A stretch of 64,000 nucleotides of DNA from Burkholderiales bacterium. Its GTDB lineage: Bacteria; Pseudomonadota; Gammaproteobacteria; Burkholderiales; SG8-39. The stretch's first letter is position 1. Each line of letters opens with the position of its first letter. The notes under the pieces were generated by a model. That model was not told the DNA's origin, made no database searches, and was given only the letters and a program-made list of their open reading frames with translations. The position numbers were made by a program, and so were the translations under genes. Shown here one piece after another: positions 13,721-22,131 of the stretch. Where the stretch lies: contig JACZJV010000131.1 of assembly GCA_014860355.1 (NCBI GenBank), positions 1,203-65,202 of the forward strand. The letters are read 5' to 3'.

Positions 13721-14011
13721 ATGAGCGATAGACAGGCCTACGAACAGAAGCTGCAGGCGCAGCTCGCGCAATGGCGCGCGCAGATCGATAAACTGAAGGC
13801 GAAGGCCGATCTGGCGAACGCCGAGGCGAAGATCGAGTTCAACCGGCAAATGGCCGAACTCCAGGCGAGCCAGGCGCGCGCCGCAGCGCGGCTCGACGAG
13901 TTGCGCGCCGCGAGCAGCGCTGCCCGGGAGGAGTTGAGCCGGGGGGTCGAGCAGGCGTTTCACGAGGTCGGAGAAAGCGTAAAGGCCGCTGCAGCGAAGT
14001 TCAAGCAGTAG
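13721..14011 (+). CDS. Small coiled-coil protein
   Basis: 96 aa, heptad-rich (QAQLAQWRAQIDKLKAKADLANAEAKIEF...). AAGGAG lies upstream. Confidence 0.6.
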   Translation: MSDRQAYEQKLQAQLAQWRAQIDKLKAKADLANAEAKIEFNRQMAELQASQARAAARLDELRAASSAAREELSRGVEQAFHEVGESVKAAAAKFKQ

Positions 14012-14187
14012 ATCTGCGACAGCAGCTTAACGATGTGGCGCAATGGTACGGCGGCGTGAAGCAGGCTACGGCGCAGGCGTGGGATCAGGTAAAGCAGGGT
14101 TTCATCGGCGCATACGGCGCGCTCGACGAGTCGTTCAGCGTAGCGGCCCGCCAATTCGACACCGCTTCAGTTGCAAAGAACAAGTAG
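14011..14187 (+). pseudogene. Out-of-frame remnant resembling the C-terminal module of the preceding coiled-coil protein
   Basis: A different frame reads DLRQQLNDVAQWYGGVKQATAQAWDQVKQGFIGAYGALDESFSVAARQFDTASVAKNK*. The only start is GTG 14035, with no SD. It resembles ...GVEQAFHEVGESVKAAAAKF of the upstream gene. Confidence 0.3.
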
Positions 14188-14324
14188 CCGCGTCGAAAAC
14201 CGATCGTCGCCTGGGCCCGCAAGGCCTGGCCTCGCGGGTAGGCATCGCCAGTTAGCCGGCTGCGGCGATCATCCGTCCTATCGGCGGGGCAGCCCTGCGC
14301 GTCGTCGGGATGTCGATCGCCGGG

Positions 14325-14768
14325 TCACATGCGGTAGATGCGGCCGTTTTCGATGCGCACCCTGTCGCCCGTGCGCAGATTGCTGATGTCGTCCTGCGTA
14401 AGCACCTGATCGCCGCCGCCGTCCATGCGCACGGTGACACGGAAGGTTTCGTTGGGTCGGCGCGAACGCCTGGCGATCTCGTTGCCGGCCACCGCACCGC
14501 CGGCGGCGCCGATCACCGTGGCCGCGGTCTGTCCGCTGCCGCCGCCGATCTGGTGGCCGACGAGTCCGCCTATGATGCCCCCGATCACGGTGCCTGCGAC
14601 ATCGGAAGAACTGCCTTTGTCCACCACCTCGATGCGGTCCACCACGCCGGTGCCTGCGACGGGCGCCGGTTGCGGTTGAAAATACGGTTGATTGGCGCAA
14701 GCCGAAAGCAGCATTGCCGCGATCAACGGCGCCCAGATAAAGCGGAAAGTCTTCACATTGTCCTCCAT
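14325..14768 (-). CDS. Outer-membrane lipoprotein, glycine-zipper (SlyB / 17-kDa antigen-like)
   Basis: Lipobox signal (V/M)KTFRFIWAPLIAAMLLSAC and glycine zipper GTVIGGIIGGLVGHQIGGGSG..VIGAAGGAVAG. The start is ATG 14768 or GTG 14756, after GGAGGA. Confidence 0.8.
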   Translation of the reverse strand: MEDNVKTFRFIWAPLIAAMLLSACANQPYFQPQPAPVAGTGVVDRIEVVDKGSSSDVAGTVIGGIIGGLVGHQIGGGSGQTAATVIGAAGGAVAGNEIARRSRRPNETFRVTVRMDGGGDQVLTQDDISNLRTGDRVRIENGRIYRM

Positions 14769-14791
14769 TGGATAGGCAACGACAGGAACAG

Positions 14792-14819
14792 GCTGATGAA
14801 ATGCACACGACGGGTTCAT
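14792..14819 (-). promoter_or_regulatory. Weaker sigma-E-like motif upstream of the slyB-like gene
   Basis: The minus strand reads ATGAACC-N16-TCAGC, about 25 nt upstream of the ATG at 14768. Confidence 0.2.
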
Positions 14820-15061
14820 GTAAGCTATGACAAGCCCGCCGGGCAGAGATTCCCCCGTTTCGCCGCGCGGGGCCGGTCGATGCAGGTGATGGCGGCACCG
14901 GTGCTGGCGGAAAATCCGGCTTTCGCTTTCACCTTCATTGAGGCGGCGCCTGCGGCGCGCGCGGCCGCCGCCGGATCTGACAGCGCGCGGGCAGAAACGC
15001 GGGAAGCAGCACCAGGGCGATGAGAGCCGCGGCACCGGTCAAATGCAGTTGGCCACGGGTT

Positions 15062-15394
15062 CTATGTCGGAGGCAGTGGCGGGGCGAACGTCAAGACCGC
15101 CGGGTCGGCAAGGTGCACGCGATAGGCTGCGCGCTCAAGCGGCGCTGCGAGGCGATCCAGCGCTTCCAGCCCGGCCACGAGCGCTACTGTGCGCAGCAGT
15201 TCCGCACCGCCGCTCACGTCAAGAATCTCCATGCTTGCGGCGCTTTGCGCCGGGTGTACACGCACAAACAGCGCGTGGTGAAAATTTGCGGGGAGGGTGA
15301 TTTTCACCTGGCGGCCCCCGGCGATCGCCTGTGCGGCAGCGTGCGCGGTTTCAGTTCCGTGCCAGACGAGTTTCACAACAGGCATGTCATCCAT
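15062..15394 (-). CDS. Hypothetical protein (110 aa) downstream of the antiporter
   Basis: The start is preceded by GGAGGA. It lies 51 nt after the antiporter stop on the same strand, and third-position G/C bias is consistent with coding. No family was recognised. Confidence 0.45.
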   Translation of the reverse strand: MDDMPVVKLVWHGTETAHAAAQAIAGGRQVKITLPANFHHALFVRVHPAQSAASMEILDVSGGAELLRTVALVAGLEALDRLAAPLERAAYRVHLADPAVLTFAPPLPPT

Positions 15395-15445
15395 ATGTCC
15401 TCCGGGGTCAGGGGCGCATAATTCCTGCTCAAATTCGCGATCCCG

Positions 15446-16675
15446 TCATTTCGACTTGGCGCCGAGCAGCGAGCGCATGACGAGCGGCGTGACCACAGTG
15501 GTAGCGAGCGCCATGATCACCACGGCCGAAAACAGGTTCGCCACTATCGGCGGCGGCGGGTCCGGCTGCAGAAACAGCCCCGCCTGAAGCGCAACATTGG
15601 CAATGATCAGCTCGACCGCACCACGCGCACTCATCGCAGTGCCCACGCCGAGCGCATCGCGCGGACTGAATCCCATGGCGTACGCCGGCAGGCCTGCGCC
15701 CAGGAGTTTGCCGAAAAACGCGGCCAGCACCAGAATTCCCACGAACAGCGGAATCTCGGCGGCCGCCGCAGTGTCCAGATGCAACCCGATGGAGGCGAAG
15801 AACAGCGGCCCGAACAGGCCCATCGTGAGGCTGGTGAGGCTGGACTGGATCTTGTCGAAGACCTTGGGTTCTATCGTGCGATGCACGAAGAACAGGCCCG
15901 CGAGGAAGGCGCCGAGCATGAAATGCATTCCGAGCTCCTCGGCGAGCAGCGCGTAGGCCAGCGCTGCGACCAGGAGCGCGCTGAACTGGAACTCCTGCGC
16001 CTGGGCGAATTTGAGCCGCCTGCCGATCCAGGGAAATACGTATCGTCCGAAAACGCCCGCGATGAGGAAATACAGGATCACTTTGCCCACGAGGCTGACG
16101 ACCGACGCGGCGTCGGGCAAGCCGCCCGTCTTGATGACCGCGGTGAGCACCGCGAGCAGCATGAGGCTCAGCACGTCGTCGAACACCGCCGCTGATACGA
16201 CGGTCTGCCCGAGTTTCGTCTTGAGCTCGCCCAGGTCCATCAACACCTTGATCGAGACCGGCACGGCGGTGATCGCGAGCGCGGTACCGAGAAACAAGGA
16301 CTGTCCGAATTTCAGTGGCGAGTCCGGCAGAAATGCCCAGGCGAGGCCGTAGCCGAGCGCGAGCGGCAGCAACATGCCGCCGGCTGCCACGCCCAGCGCG
16401 CGACCCGATGCCTGCACCAGCTCGCGCGGATGCAATTCTATGCCGGCAAGCAGCATCAGAAAGAAGATCGCCAGGTCGGTGATGGCTTTGAAGACTTCGT
16501 TGTCGGGCAGATCGGCCAGAACCGGGAATGTCCCGGAATAACGGTTGGCCAGCATGCCCAGCGCGATGCCGGCGATCAGCTCGCCCACCAGCGCCGGCTG
16601 GCGCAGGCGTTCGGCCAATTCGCCGCAAATGCGGGTGACGAGCAGCAGTACCAGCAGAATGTAGAGCAGATGCAT
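15446..16675 (-). CDS. Cation:proton antiporter (CPA2 / Na+/H+ exchanger family), no KTN domain
   Basis: 409 aa, about 12 TM segments. The N-terminus (LLVTRICGELAERLRQPALVGELIAGIALG) is typical of Kef/CPA2 transporters. AGGAGA is upstream. Confidence 0.88.
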   Translation of the reverse strand: MHLLYILLVLLLVTRICGELAERLRQPALVGELIAGIALGMLANRYSGTFPVLADLPDNEVFKAITDLAIFFLMLLAGIELHPRELVQASGRALGVAAGGMLLPLALGYGLAWAFLPDSPLKFGQSLFLGTALAITAVPVSIKVLMDLGELKTKLGQTVVSAAVFDDVLSLMLLAVLTAVIKTGGLPDAASVVSLVGKVILYFLIAGVFGRYVFPWIGRRLKFAQAQEFQFSALLVAALAYALLAEELGMHFMLGAFLAGLFFVHRTIEPKVFDKIQSSLTSLTMGLFGPLFFASIGLHLDTAAAAEIPLFVGILVLAAFFGKLLGAGLPAYAMGFSPRDALGVGTAMSARGAVELIIANVALQAGLFLQPDPPPPIVANLFSAVVIMALATTVVTPLVMRSLLGAKSK

Positions 16676-16793
16676 AGTCCTGTCTCCTGCGGTCGGTATT
16701 CATCGTGGTTGGTGTACCGTATTGCGAGCAGCGGCTCACTCCGATGAAGGAGATCGCCCGCGGGAGTCCCTGCGGCGCGGATGCTGCGCCGCG

Positions 16794-17159
16794 TTACTGA
16801 CGGTTCGGGAACAGCCGCGAGGCCCGCCTGAGATAGAATTCGACAGGACCGGAGATGGCGAGCACTTCGCCGTCGCGGCCCAGGAGCTGCACCTGCAATG
16901 TGTGTGTACCGCGGTCGATTCCATCCAGCGTGAACGCGTAATACTTGTGCAGCCCGCCCACGGCGCGTCCGTCCACCAGCGCCTGCAGTGCGAAGCCGCT
17001 GCGTAGGTCTTGCGCATGCCCCAGCTTCACCGAAACGCTGATGCGGCCGCTGTTGTCATGCACCGTTTCCATGCTCTGCGGCGAGCTAATGCCGATCGAA
17101 GGTGCCGCGTAGCCCTGGGCAGCCAGCAGCATCGCAAGCAGCGCCGCCGCACAGCGCAT
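16794..17159 (-). CDS. Exported hypothetical protein (beta-sandwich-like)
   Basis: The start was moved to ATG 17159, which gives signal peptide MRCAAALLAMLLAAQGYAAP. The mature part is beta-rich. No family was recognised. Confidence 0.55.
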   Translation of the reverse strand: MRCAAALLAMLLAAQGYAAPSIGISSPQSMETVHDNSGRISVSVKLGHAQDLRSGFALQALVDGRAVGGLHKYYAFTLDGIDRGTHTLQVQLLGRDGEVLAISGPVEFYLRRASRLFPNRQ

Positions 17160-17233
17160 CGCCGGGTGCGCAGCACGCACATCGCACCCCGGCGCATCGA
17201 CACGCTCCGTTTTCATGACGCGGCTCATGCAAC

Positions 17234-17261
17234 TAGGATTAAACCAAGCGAAGGAAGTTCC
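17234..17261 (-). promoter_or_regulatory. Candidate ECF sigma-E-type promoter for 16794-17159
   Basis: The minus strand reads GGAACTT-N16-TCCTA, about 75 nt upstream of the ATG at 17159. Confidence 0.35.
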
Positions 17262-17459
17262 AGCGAGGAACTGATGTGCGGACCCCGCCGGCGCGCCGGC
17301 AGCGCCCGGGCTCGCGCGCACCACCGGCTACTTCCCGCTTGCGAGAAACACTCCCCGCGGAGAGCGCATCGTGAGGAGGTGCACTTTCGCGGCAGGAAAT
17401 CGTTTTTCAACGGACCCTTGGTCTGCGACAGTGGAAGCATGCGCGCAATCGACACCCGT

Positions 17460-18155
17460 TCAGAGCTCGGGCAGGTGCAGCTCCGCGCGCACCGGCAGGT
17501 GGTCCGAGGCTGCACGTGCGCGCGGACTTGCGTGCACGCGGACCTTGCCGAGCAGCCCGCGCGGCTCGACCCAGATGCGGTCGAGCGCGAACAGCGGCCA
17601 TCTTGCCGGAAAGCTCGGCGGTGCCGGCGTGCGGCCGAAGCGTCGCCGCAGCCAGCGCAGCGGCCGGCCCCAGAGGAACCATTCGTTCAGGTCGCCGAGC
17701 AGGAGTTGCGGGGTCGACGCGCGTACACGCATCAGCGCGAGCAGGCGGCGCATCTGCGCGCGCCGCTCGCCGGGACGCAGTCCCAGGTGCGTGGCGACGA
17801 CGCGTAGCGCGATTCCGCCGGCATCGAGCCGCGCGTCGAGCGCGCCGCGCGGCTCACGTCCGGGCAGACTGAGGTCGACGCGGGCGAGCTCGCACACGCC
17901 GAGGCGCGTGAGCAGCGCATTGCCGTAGTGTCCGTCTTTGCGCATCAGCGTGGGACCGGCAAGCGCGGCGTAGCCCAGGCGATCGCCGAAATCGGCGAGC
18001 AAATGCAGCGCCTCCTCGGGACTCCAGCGCAGTTCCTGCAGTGCAATTACGTCGGCGTCGAGTTCGCGCAGAACGCCGAGCGTGCGCTCGGGATCGAAGC
18101 GGGAGTCGCCTCCGATGCAGCCATGCACGTTGTAGCTGGCGACGGTCAGCCGCAC
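17460..18155 (-). CDS. Endonuclease/exonuclease/phosphatase (EEP) family protein (YbhP-like)
   Basis: GTG at 18155 gives MRLTVASYNVHGC..., the usual EEP N-terminus. The C-terminal SDHLPV motif is present. The gene starts 16 nt after the PLD gene stop. Confidence 0.8.
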   Translation of the reverse strand: MRLTVASYNVHGCIGGDSRFDPERTLGVLRELDADVIALQELRWSPEEALHLLADFGDRLGYAALAGPTLMRKDGHYGNALLTRLGVCELARVDLSLPGREPRGALDARLDAGGIALRVVATHLGLRPGERRAQMRRLLALMRVRASTPQLLLGDLNEWFLWGRPLRWLRRRFGRTPAPPSFPARWPLFALDRIWVEPRGLLGKVRVHASPRARAASDHLPVRAELHLPEL

Positions 18156-18171
18156 TTGCTGCGCATATCGG

Positions 18172-20307
18172 TCAAGTCTGCTCGTGCGCGCGCTTGCGCG
18201 AATGCCGCCGCAGCCACCAGCGAATGGCGAGCGCGCCCATGCCAACCGCAACCAGGACCACAGCGAGCAGCGCAAACGTCCCGGGCGACGGCGCCTTCAG
18301 CGCGGCCGCCAGGCGGTCGGAGAACACCGCAGCGGCGAGTATCCCGGGTGACAACCCCAGCGCGCTGCCGATGAGAAAGTCTCGCATGCGCAGGCACGAG
18401 GCGCCGGCTACGAGATTGACCACCGTAAACGGCGCCACCGGCAGCATGCGCAGCACCATAACCGCGAACACGCCGCCCTCGCCCAGCCGCCGGCTGAGCG
18501 CATTGAGCCGCTTGCCTGCAATCTGTCGTACTGCGCGCCGGCCTAGCGCGTGTCCGAGGGCGAAGGTAAGCCCGCCGCCCAGCAACGAACCGGTCAGGGC
18601 GTAGGCAAAAGTCACCCAGGGAACAAATACGAAAGCGGTGGCAACGATGACCAGAGTGATCGGCACTGCAGCGAGGGAAGCGGCAACATAGACGCCGAGG
18701 ATCCAAACCGGCGTCCAGGCCGAGCGTTCGATCGCGCCGGCCAGCGCGTACAGCGTGTCCATGTCCAGCCAGTGGTGCAGCGGCCCCCAGCGCCAGGCTA
18801 GCGCCAGTGTCGTGACTGCAAGTAGCGCCAGCGTGATGCCCAGGATATGCCTGCCTGCCCGCGGGCGTTCTTCCTCCGGGACCATCTCCTCGACCAGACG
18901 TTCCGGGTCGACCGGCCTTTCCGGATCGATCATGTCTGCGTCAGGTATCAATTGGTCGAGCCCCGGATCGAGCTCGGGCTCGAGCACTTTCAGGGTGCGC
19001 TCACGGCCCTGCAGCGCCTCGATCGCCTCGATCAGCGAGCCGTGGCGCTCGAGCGCCTGCGCGACCTCCTGCGGCTCGACATCGAGGTGCTCGGCCAGCA
19101 GCCGGTTGCGTATCGAAGCGATCGAGCGCGCCGCCCCGGGCGTCCGCGCCTCGATGGCGAGGTCGCACTCGGTATCGATCCCCATCGAGCGGTTGTTGAG
19201 ATTCGACGATCCGACGCGCAGCAGACGGTCGTCGACGATCATCAGCTTGCTATGCAGGTCGATGCAGTTCCCGCCCAGGCCGGCCTGTTCGGGATAGTAC
19301 ACGCGCAGGCGCCCGCGCCCGTCTTCGGGCGCGAGACGCTTGATGAGGCGCGCGCGCAGCACCTCCATGGTGTTGCGCTCGAGCCAGCCCCCGCCGGTGC
19401 GGCGCGTGACTATCACGAACTCGGGACCGTCGGGCTCCGACAGCCGCTCGGCGATCGCCTGGCCGATGACCGGCGCGGTGAAATACTGGTTCTCGATGTA
19501 GACCGAACGCTCGGCGGCGCGGATGCCGTCGAGATAAAGTCGCAGCACCTCGCGCACCGGCTCTGCGCCTCGGTGTTCGGGTTCGGTCCGCGCGATGGCA
19601 ATTGCAAGGTCCCTGAATTCGGGCTCGACCGTGCGCGGCCAGAGTTCGGTTTGCCCCGGCGCAGTCGCCGCCCGTGCTTCGCCATCGGTCGCACGCAGCC
19701 AGCGCCTGCGGGCGAGACTGCCCAGAACTGCGGCGGCTTCGCCATCGACCATCAATTGCACGTCGTGAAACGGCGCGTAGGGCTTGCCGTCGGGGCTGCG
19801 CCGATGCGGCTCGCCAGGCGCGTGCCGCGGCGTATCCCAGCGGCCCTTGGTGAGATCCAGGCCGCCGACAAACGCAAGCGCGTCGTCCAGTACGACGATC
19901 TTCTGATGGTGCGAACCTCCCGCAGGGTGCCGGTCGTCGAGATGGAAGTGCAGCCGCTTGTGCGTGCGCCAGCCGAGGTTGTAGATCGGCAGGATCTCGC
20001 GATCGAGCGCGTAGAGCATGGCAAAATCCCAGTCCAGCACATAGACATGCAGCCGGCGATTGCGCTCGACCAGGGCATCGAGGAACTTGCCCAGTGTCCG
20101 GGGCAGGCCGTCCTCCTCTGCATCGGGCGGGAAGGGGGTGCGGCTGTCCACATCCCAGCCGATGATGAATATGCAATGTCTGGCATTGCGCGCGGCGCGC
20201 CGCAGCACGGAAAAATAGGCTTCGCCATCGACGAGCAGTGCGGCGCGGTCGGCGTGCGCCACGCGCCAGCAGTTTTGCCCCGGCTGGAGAATTTCCGCCT
20301 TGCTCAT
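18172..20307 (-). CDS. Phospholipase D / cardiolipin-synthase-like protein (two HKD motifs) fused to a DedA/VTT membrane domain
   Basis: The start is ATG 20307 (MSKAEILQPGQNCW). HKD motifs are HHQKIVVLDD and LHSKLMIVDD...GSSNLNNRS. The C-terminal ~220 aa are multi-TM and DedA/VTT-like (VMVLRMLPVAPFTVVNLVAG). Confidence 0.85.
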   Translation of the reverse strand: MSKAEILQPGQNCWRVAHADRAALLVDGEAYFSVLRRAARNARHCIFIIGWDVDSRTPFPPDAEEDGLPRTLGKFLDALVERNRRLHVYVLDWDFAMLYALDREILPIYNLGWRTHKRLHFHLDDRHPAGGSHHQKIVVLDDALAFVGGLDLTKGRWDTPRHAPGEPHRRSPDGKPYAPFHDVQLMVDGEAAAVLGSLARRRWLRATDGEARAATAPGQTELWPRTVEPEFRDLAIAIARTEPEHRGAEPVREVLRLYLDGIRAAERSVYIENQYFTAPVIGQAIAERLSEPDGPEFVIVTRRTGGGWLERNTMEVLRARLIKRLAPEDGRGRLRVYYPEQAGLGGNCIDLHSKLMIVDDRLLRVGSSNLNNRSMGIDTECDLAIEARTPGAARSIASIRNRLLAEHLDVEPQEVAQALERHGSLIEAIEALQGRERTLKVLEPELDPGLDQLIPDADMIDPERPVDPERLVEEMVPEEERPRAGRHILGITLALLAVTTLALAWRWGPLHHWLDMDTLYALAGAIERSAWTPVWILGVYVAASLAAVPITLVIVATAFVFVPWVTFAYALTGSLLGGGLTFALGHALGRRAVRQIAGKRLNALSRRLGEGGVFAVMVLRMLPVAPFTVVNLVAGASCLRMRDFLIGSALGLSPGILAAAVFSDRLAAALKAPSPGTFALLAVVLVAVGMGALAIRWWLRRHSRKRAHEQT

Positions 20308-20398
20308 GCCAGTGCTCCGCGCGACGATGCGCGCTTCTAGTGATTTGCCTCGACGCCAGATGCGGCTGTTGCGCTGCGTACGCGTCGCCACCATTAAT

Positions 20399-20426
20399 AA
20401 TGACAGCGGCCCCGGCTCAATGTTCC
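20399..20426 (-). promoter_or_regulatory. Weaker sigma-E-like motif upstream of the PLD gene
   Basis: The minus strand reads GGAACAT-N16-TCATT, about 90 nt upstream of the ATG at 20307. Confidence 0.2.
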
Positions 20427-20670
20427 GTGCGCCTGCGCGCGACCTGCACTACGGCAATTCAGGTATGCGAATTACTGCGGCCGGGGGGTTGCGAACGGCC
20501 GCCAGCTTTGTTATTTTGGTATTGCACGTCATCGTCAACCTGCGTGCTTCCCTCCAAGCTGCCTCTGCAGCTATCCCGTTTGGACCGTCGCGGTTACCGC
20601 ATGGAATGCGGCATTGCTTGGCGACGGGGCGCAAAAATCCGGGGGAGCGCGCCATTCGAAAGGAGTTCTC

Positions 20671-21345
20671 ATGAACCGAACTGTCACTAACGAATGTTCG
20701 ACGAAAACAGCGCATTTTACCGGGCCTGCCATACTGCAGTCGGCGCAGCACACGGCTGACATCGATCGTCGATTGGTGGCGCGCGCCAAGCGCGGCGACA
20801 AGCAGGCGTTCGCCGAATTGTTCGAGAGACACCATGGCCGCCTGTCGCGCCTGCTATTGCACATGATCCGCGACCCGGCCGAGGTCGAGGACCTGAGCCA
20901 GGAGGTGTTTATCAAGGCCTACCTGGGATTGCCGGCGTTTCGCGGCGACAGCGCCTTTTATTCCTGGCTGTATCGCATCGGCGTCAACGCCGCCAAGAAC
21001 CACCTGGCCGCATCGAAGCGCCGTGCGCCCACCCTGACGGGGCTCGATATCGAGCAGGTGGAAAGCTACGAGAATGCGCTACAGCTGCAGGACCCCGGCA
21101 CGCCTCTGAACATGCTGCGCGCCGGCGAGATGGCACAGGCGCTGGAGTGCGCCGCGGCCGAACTGTCGCCGGAATTGCGCGTCGCGCTCGAACTGTGCGA
21201 GGTAAGGGCGATGAGCTATGAGGACATCGCGCGCAGCGAGGACTGCCCTATCGGCACGGTGCGCTCGCGCATCTTTCGCGCGCGCGAGGCGATCGCCAAT
21301 CGGCTGCGCCCCATGCTTGACTCGGAAAGTGATCGTATTTGGTGA
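20671..21345 (+). CDS. ECF RNA polymerase sigma factor, RpoE/AlgU-like
   Basis: ATG at 20671 follows AGGAG. Region 2 (LVARAKRGDKQAFAELFERHHGRL, FYSWLYRIGVN) and region 4 (MSYEDIARSEDCPIGTVRSRIFRAREAI) are present. No anti-sigma gene lies downstream. Confidence 0.88.
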   Translation: MNRTVTNECSTKTAHFTGPAILQSAQHTADIDRRLVARAKRGDKQAFAELFERHHGRLSRLLLHMIRDPAEVEDLSQEVFIKAYLGLPAFRGDSAFYSWLYRIGVNAAKNHLAASKRRAPTLTGLDIEQVESYENALQLQDPGTPLNMLRAGEMAQALECAAAELSPELRVALELCEVRAMSYEDIARSEDCPIGTVRSRIFRAREAIANRLRPMLDSESDRIW

Positions 21346-21478
21346 GCGCCGCAGCGCGCGCGCTGTATCCATCAACAGAGCCTGCGCGGCGCAACATCGA
21401 ACCCGGGCCTTTCCCGCAGGGCAGTTGCCGGCAGCGATGCCCATGACGCGCAGATGCATGACGCAACGCGGGCCGGGC

Positions 21479-22027
21479 TCAGCGCATGCCCGCCAGCAGG
21501 CTGCTCAGATCGTCGGCATGCTCTTCCTCCATCGCGAGTATGCCTTCGAGCATGCGACGCGTGCTCGGATCCTTGTCGCCGAGATAGGCGATCATCTCGC
21601 GGTAAGTGTCGATGGCGATGCGCTCGGCGACCAGGTCCTCCCTGATCATGTCGGCCAGATCCTTGCCCTCGACGTACTGGGCGTGCGCGCGCGGGGCAAG
21701 GACCTCCGGGTTCAGATCGGGCTCGCCCTGCAGCTGGACGATGCGCTGCGCGATTCTGTCGGCGTGCTGTTGCTCCTCGCCGGCGTGCTGCAGGAACTCC
21801 TGAGCCACGGCGTCGGCGTTGATGCCGCTCGCCATGAAGTAGTGGCGCTTGTAGCGCAGTACGCAGACAAGCTCGGTCGCCAGGGCCTCGTTGAGCAGGT
21901 CGGTCACCGCCTTGTGGTCGGCGCGGTAGCCCTCGGTGAGGGCGCCGCGCTCGATGTGCTTGCGCGCGCGCTGGCGGATGGTCTGCAGGTCGGTGAGGAA
22001 TGGATGCTGCTTGGCTCTTTGGTCCAT
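21479..22027 (-). CDS. Bacterioferritin-like / ferritin-like four-helix-bundle protein
   Basis: ATG at 22027 follows AGGAG. Di-iron-type E..H motifs are present (NEALATELVCVLRYKRHY, AGEEQQHADRIAQRI, AMEEEHADDL). Confidence 0.75.
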   Translation of the reverse strand: MDQRAKQHPFLTDLQTIRQRARKHIERGALTEGYRADHKAVTDLLNEALATELVCVLRYKRHYFMASGINADAVAQEFLQHAGEEQQHADRIAQRIVQLQGEPDLNPEVLAPRAHAQYVEGKDLADMIREDLVAERIAIDTYREMIAYLGDKDPSTRRMLEGILAMEEEHADDLSSLLAGMR

Positions 22028-22085
22028 CGCGGTCTCCTGTTTTCGGGTTTGGGTAAGTGCGTCCGCTGGCGGGCGGCACTCCTGC

Positions 22086-22113
22086 TTGGATCGCCCGCGG
22101 TGTCCGCAGTTCC
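22086..22113 (-). promoter_or_regulatory. Candidate ECF sigma-E-type promoter for the bacterioferritin-like gene
   Basis: The minus strand reads GGAACTG-N16-TCCAA, about 60 nt upstream of the ATG at 22027. Confidence 0.35.
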
Positions 22114-22131
22114 GTCGAATTGCGCCCCGCA

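Noticed and set aside
14003-14013. Programmed -1 ribosomal frameshift joining the coiled-coil gene to the downstream frame.
   Set aside because: No X XXY YYZ slippery heptamer or downstream stimulatory structure is present at the stop (TTCAAGCAGTAGATC). A decayed duplicate or a small separate ORF is more parsimonious.
20430-20670. Autoregulatory sigma-E-type promoter in front of the ECF sigma gene.
   Set aside because: Only loose matches (GAACGG..., GGACCG...) lack a properly spaced TCnnA, so there is not enough to call one.
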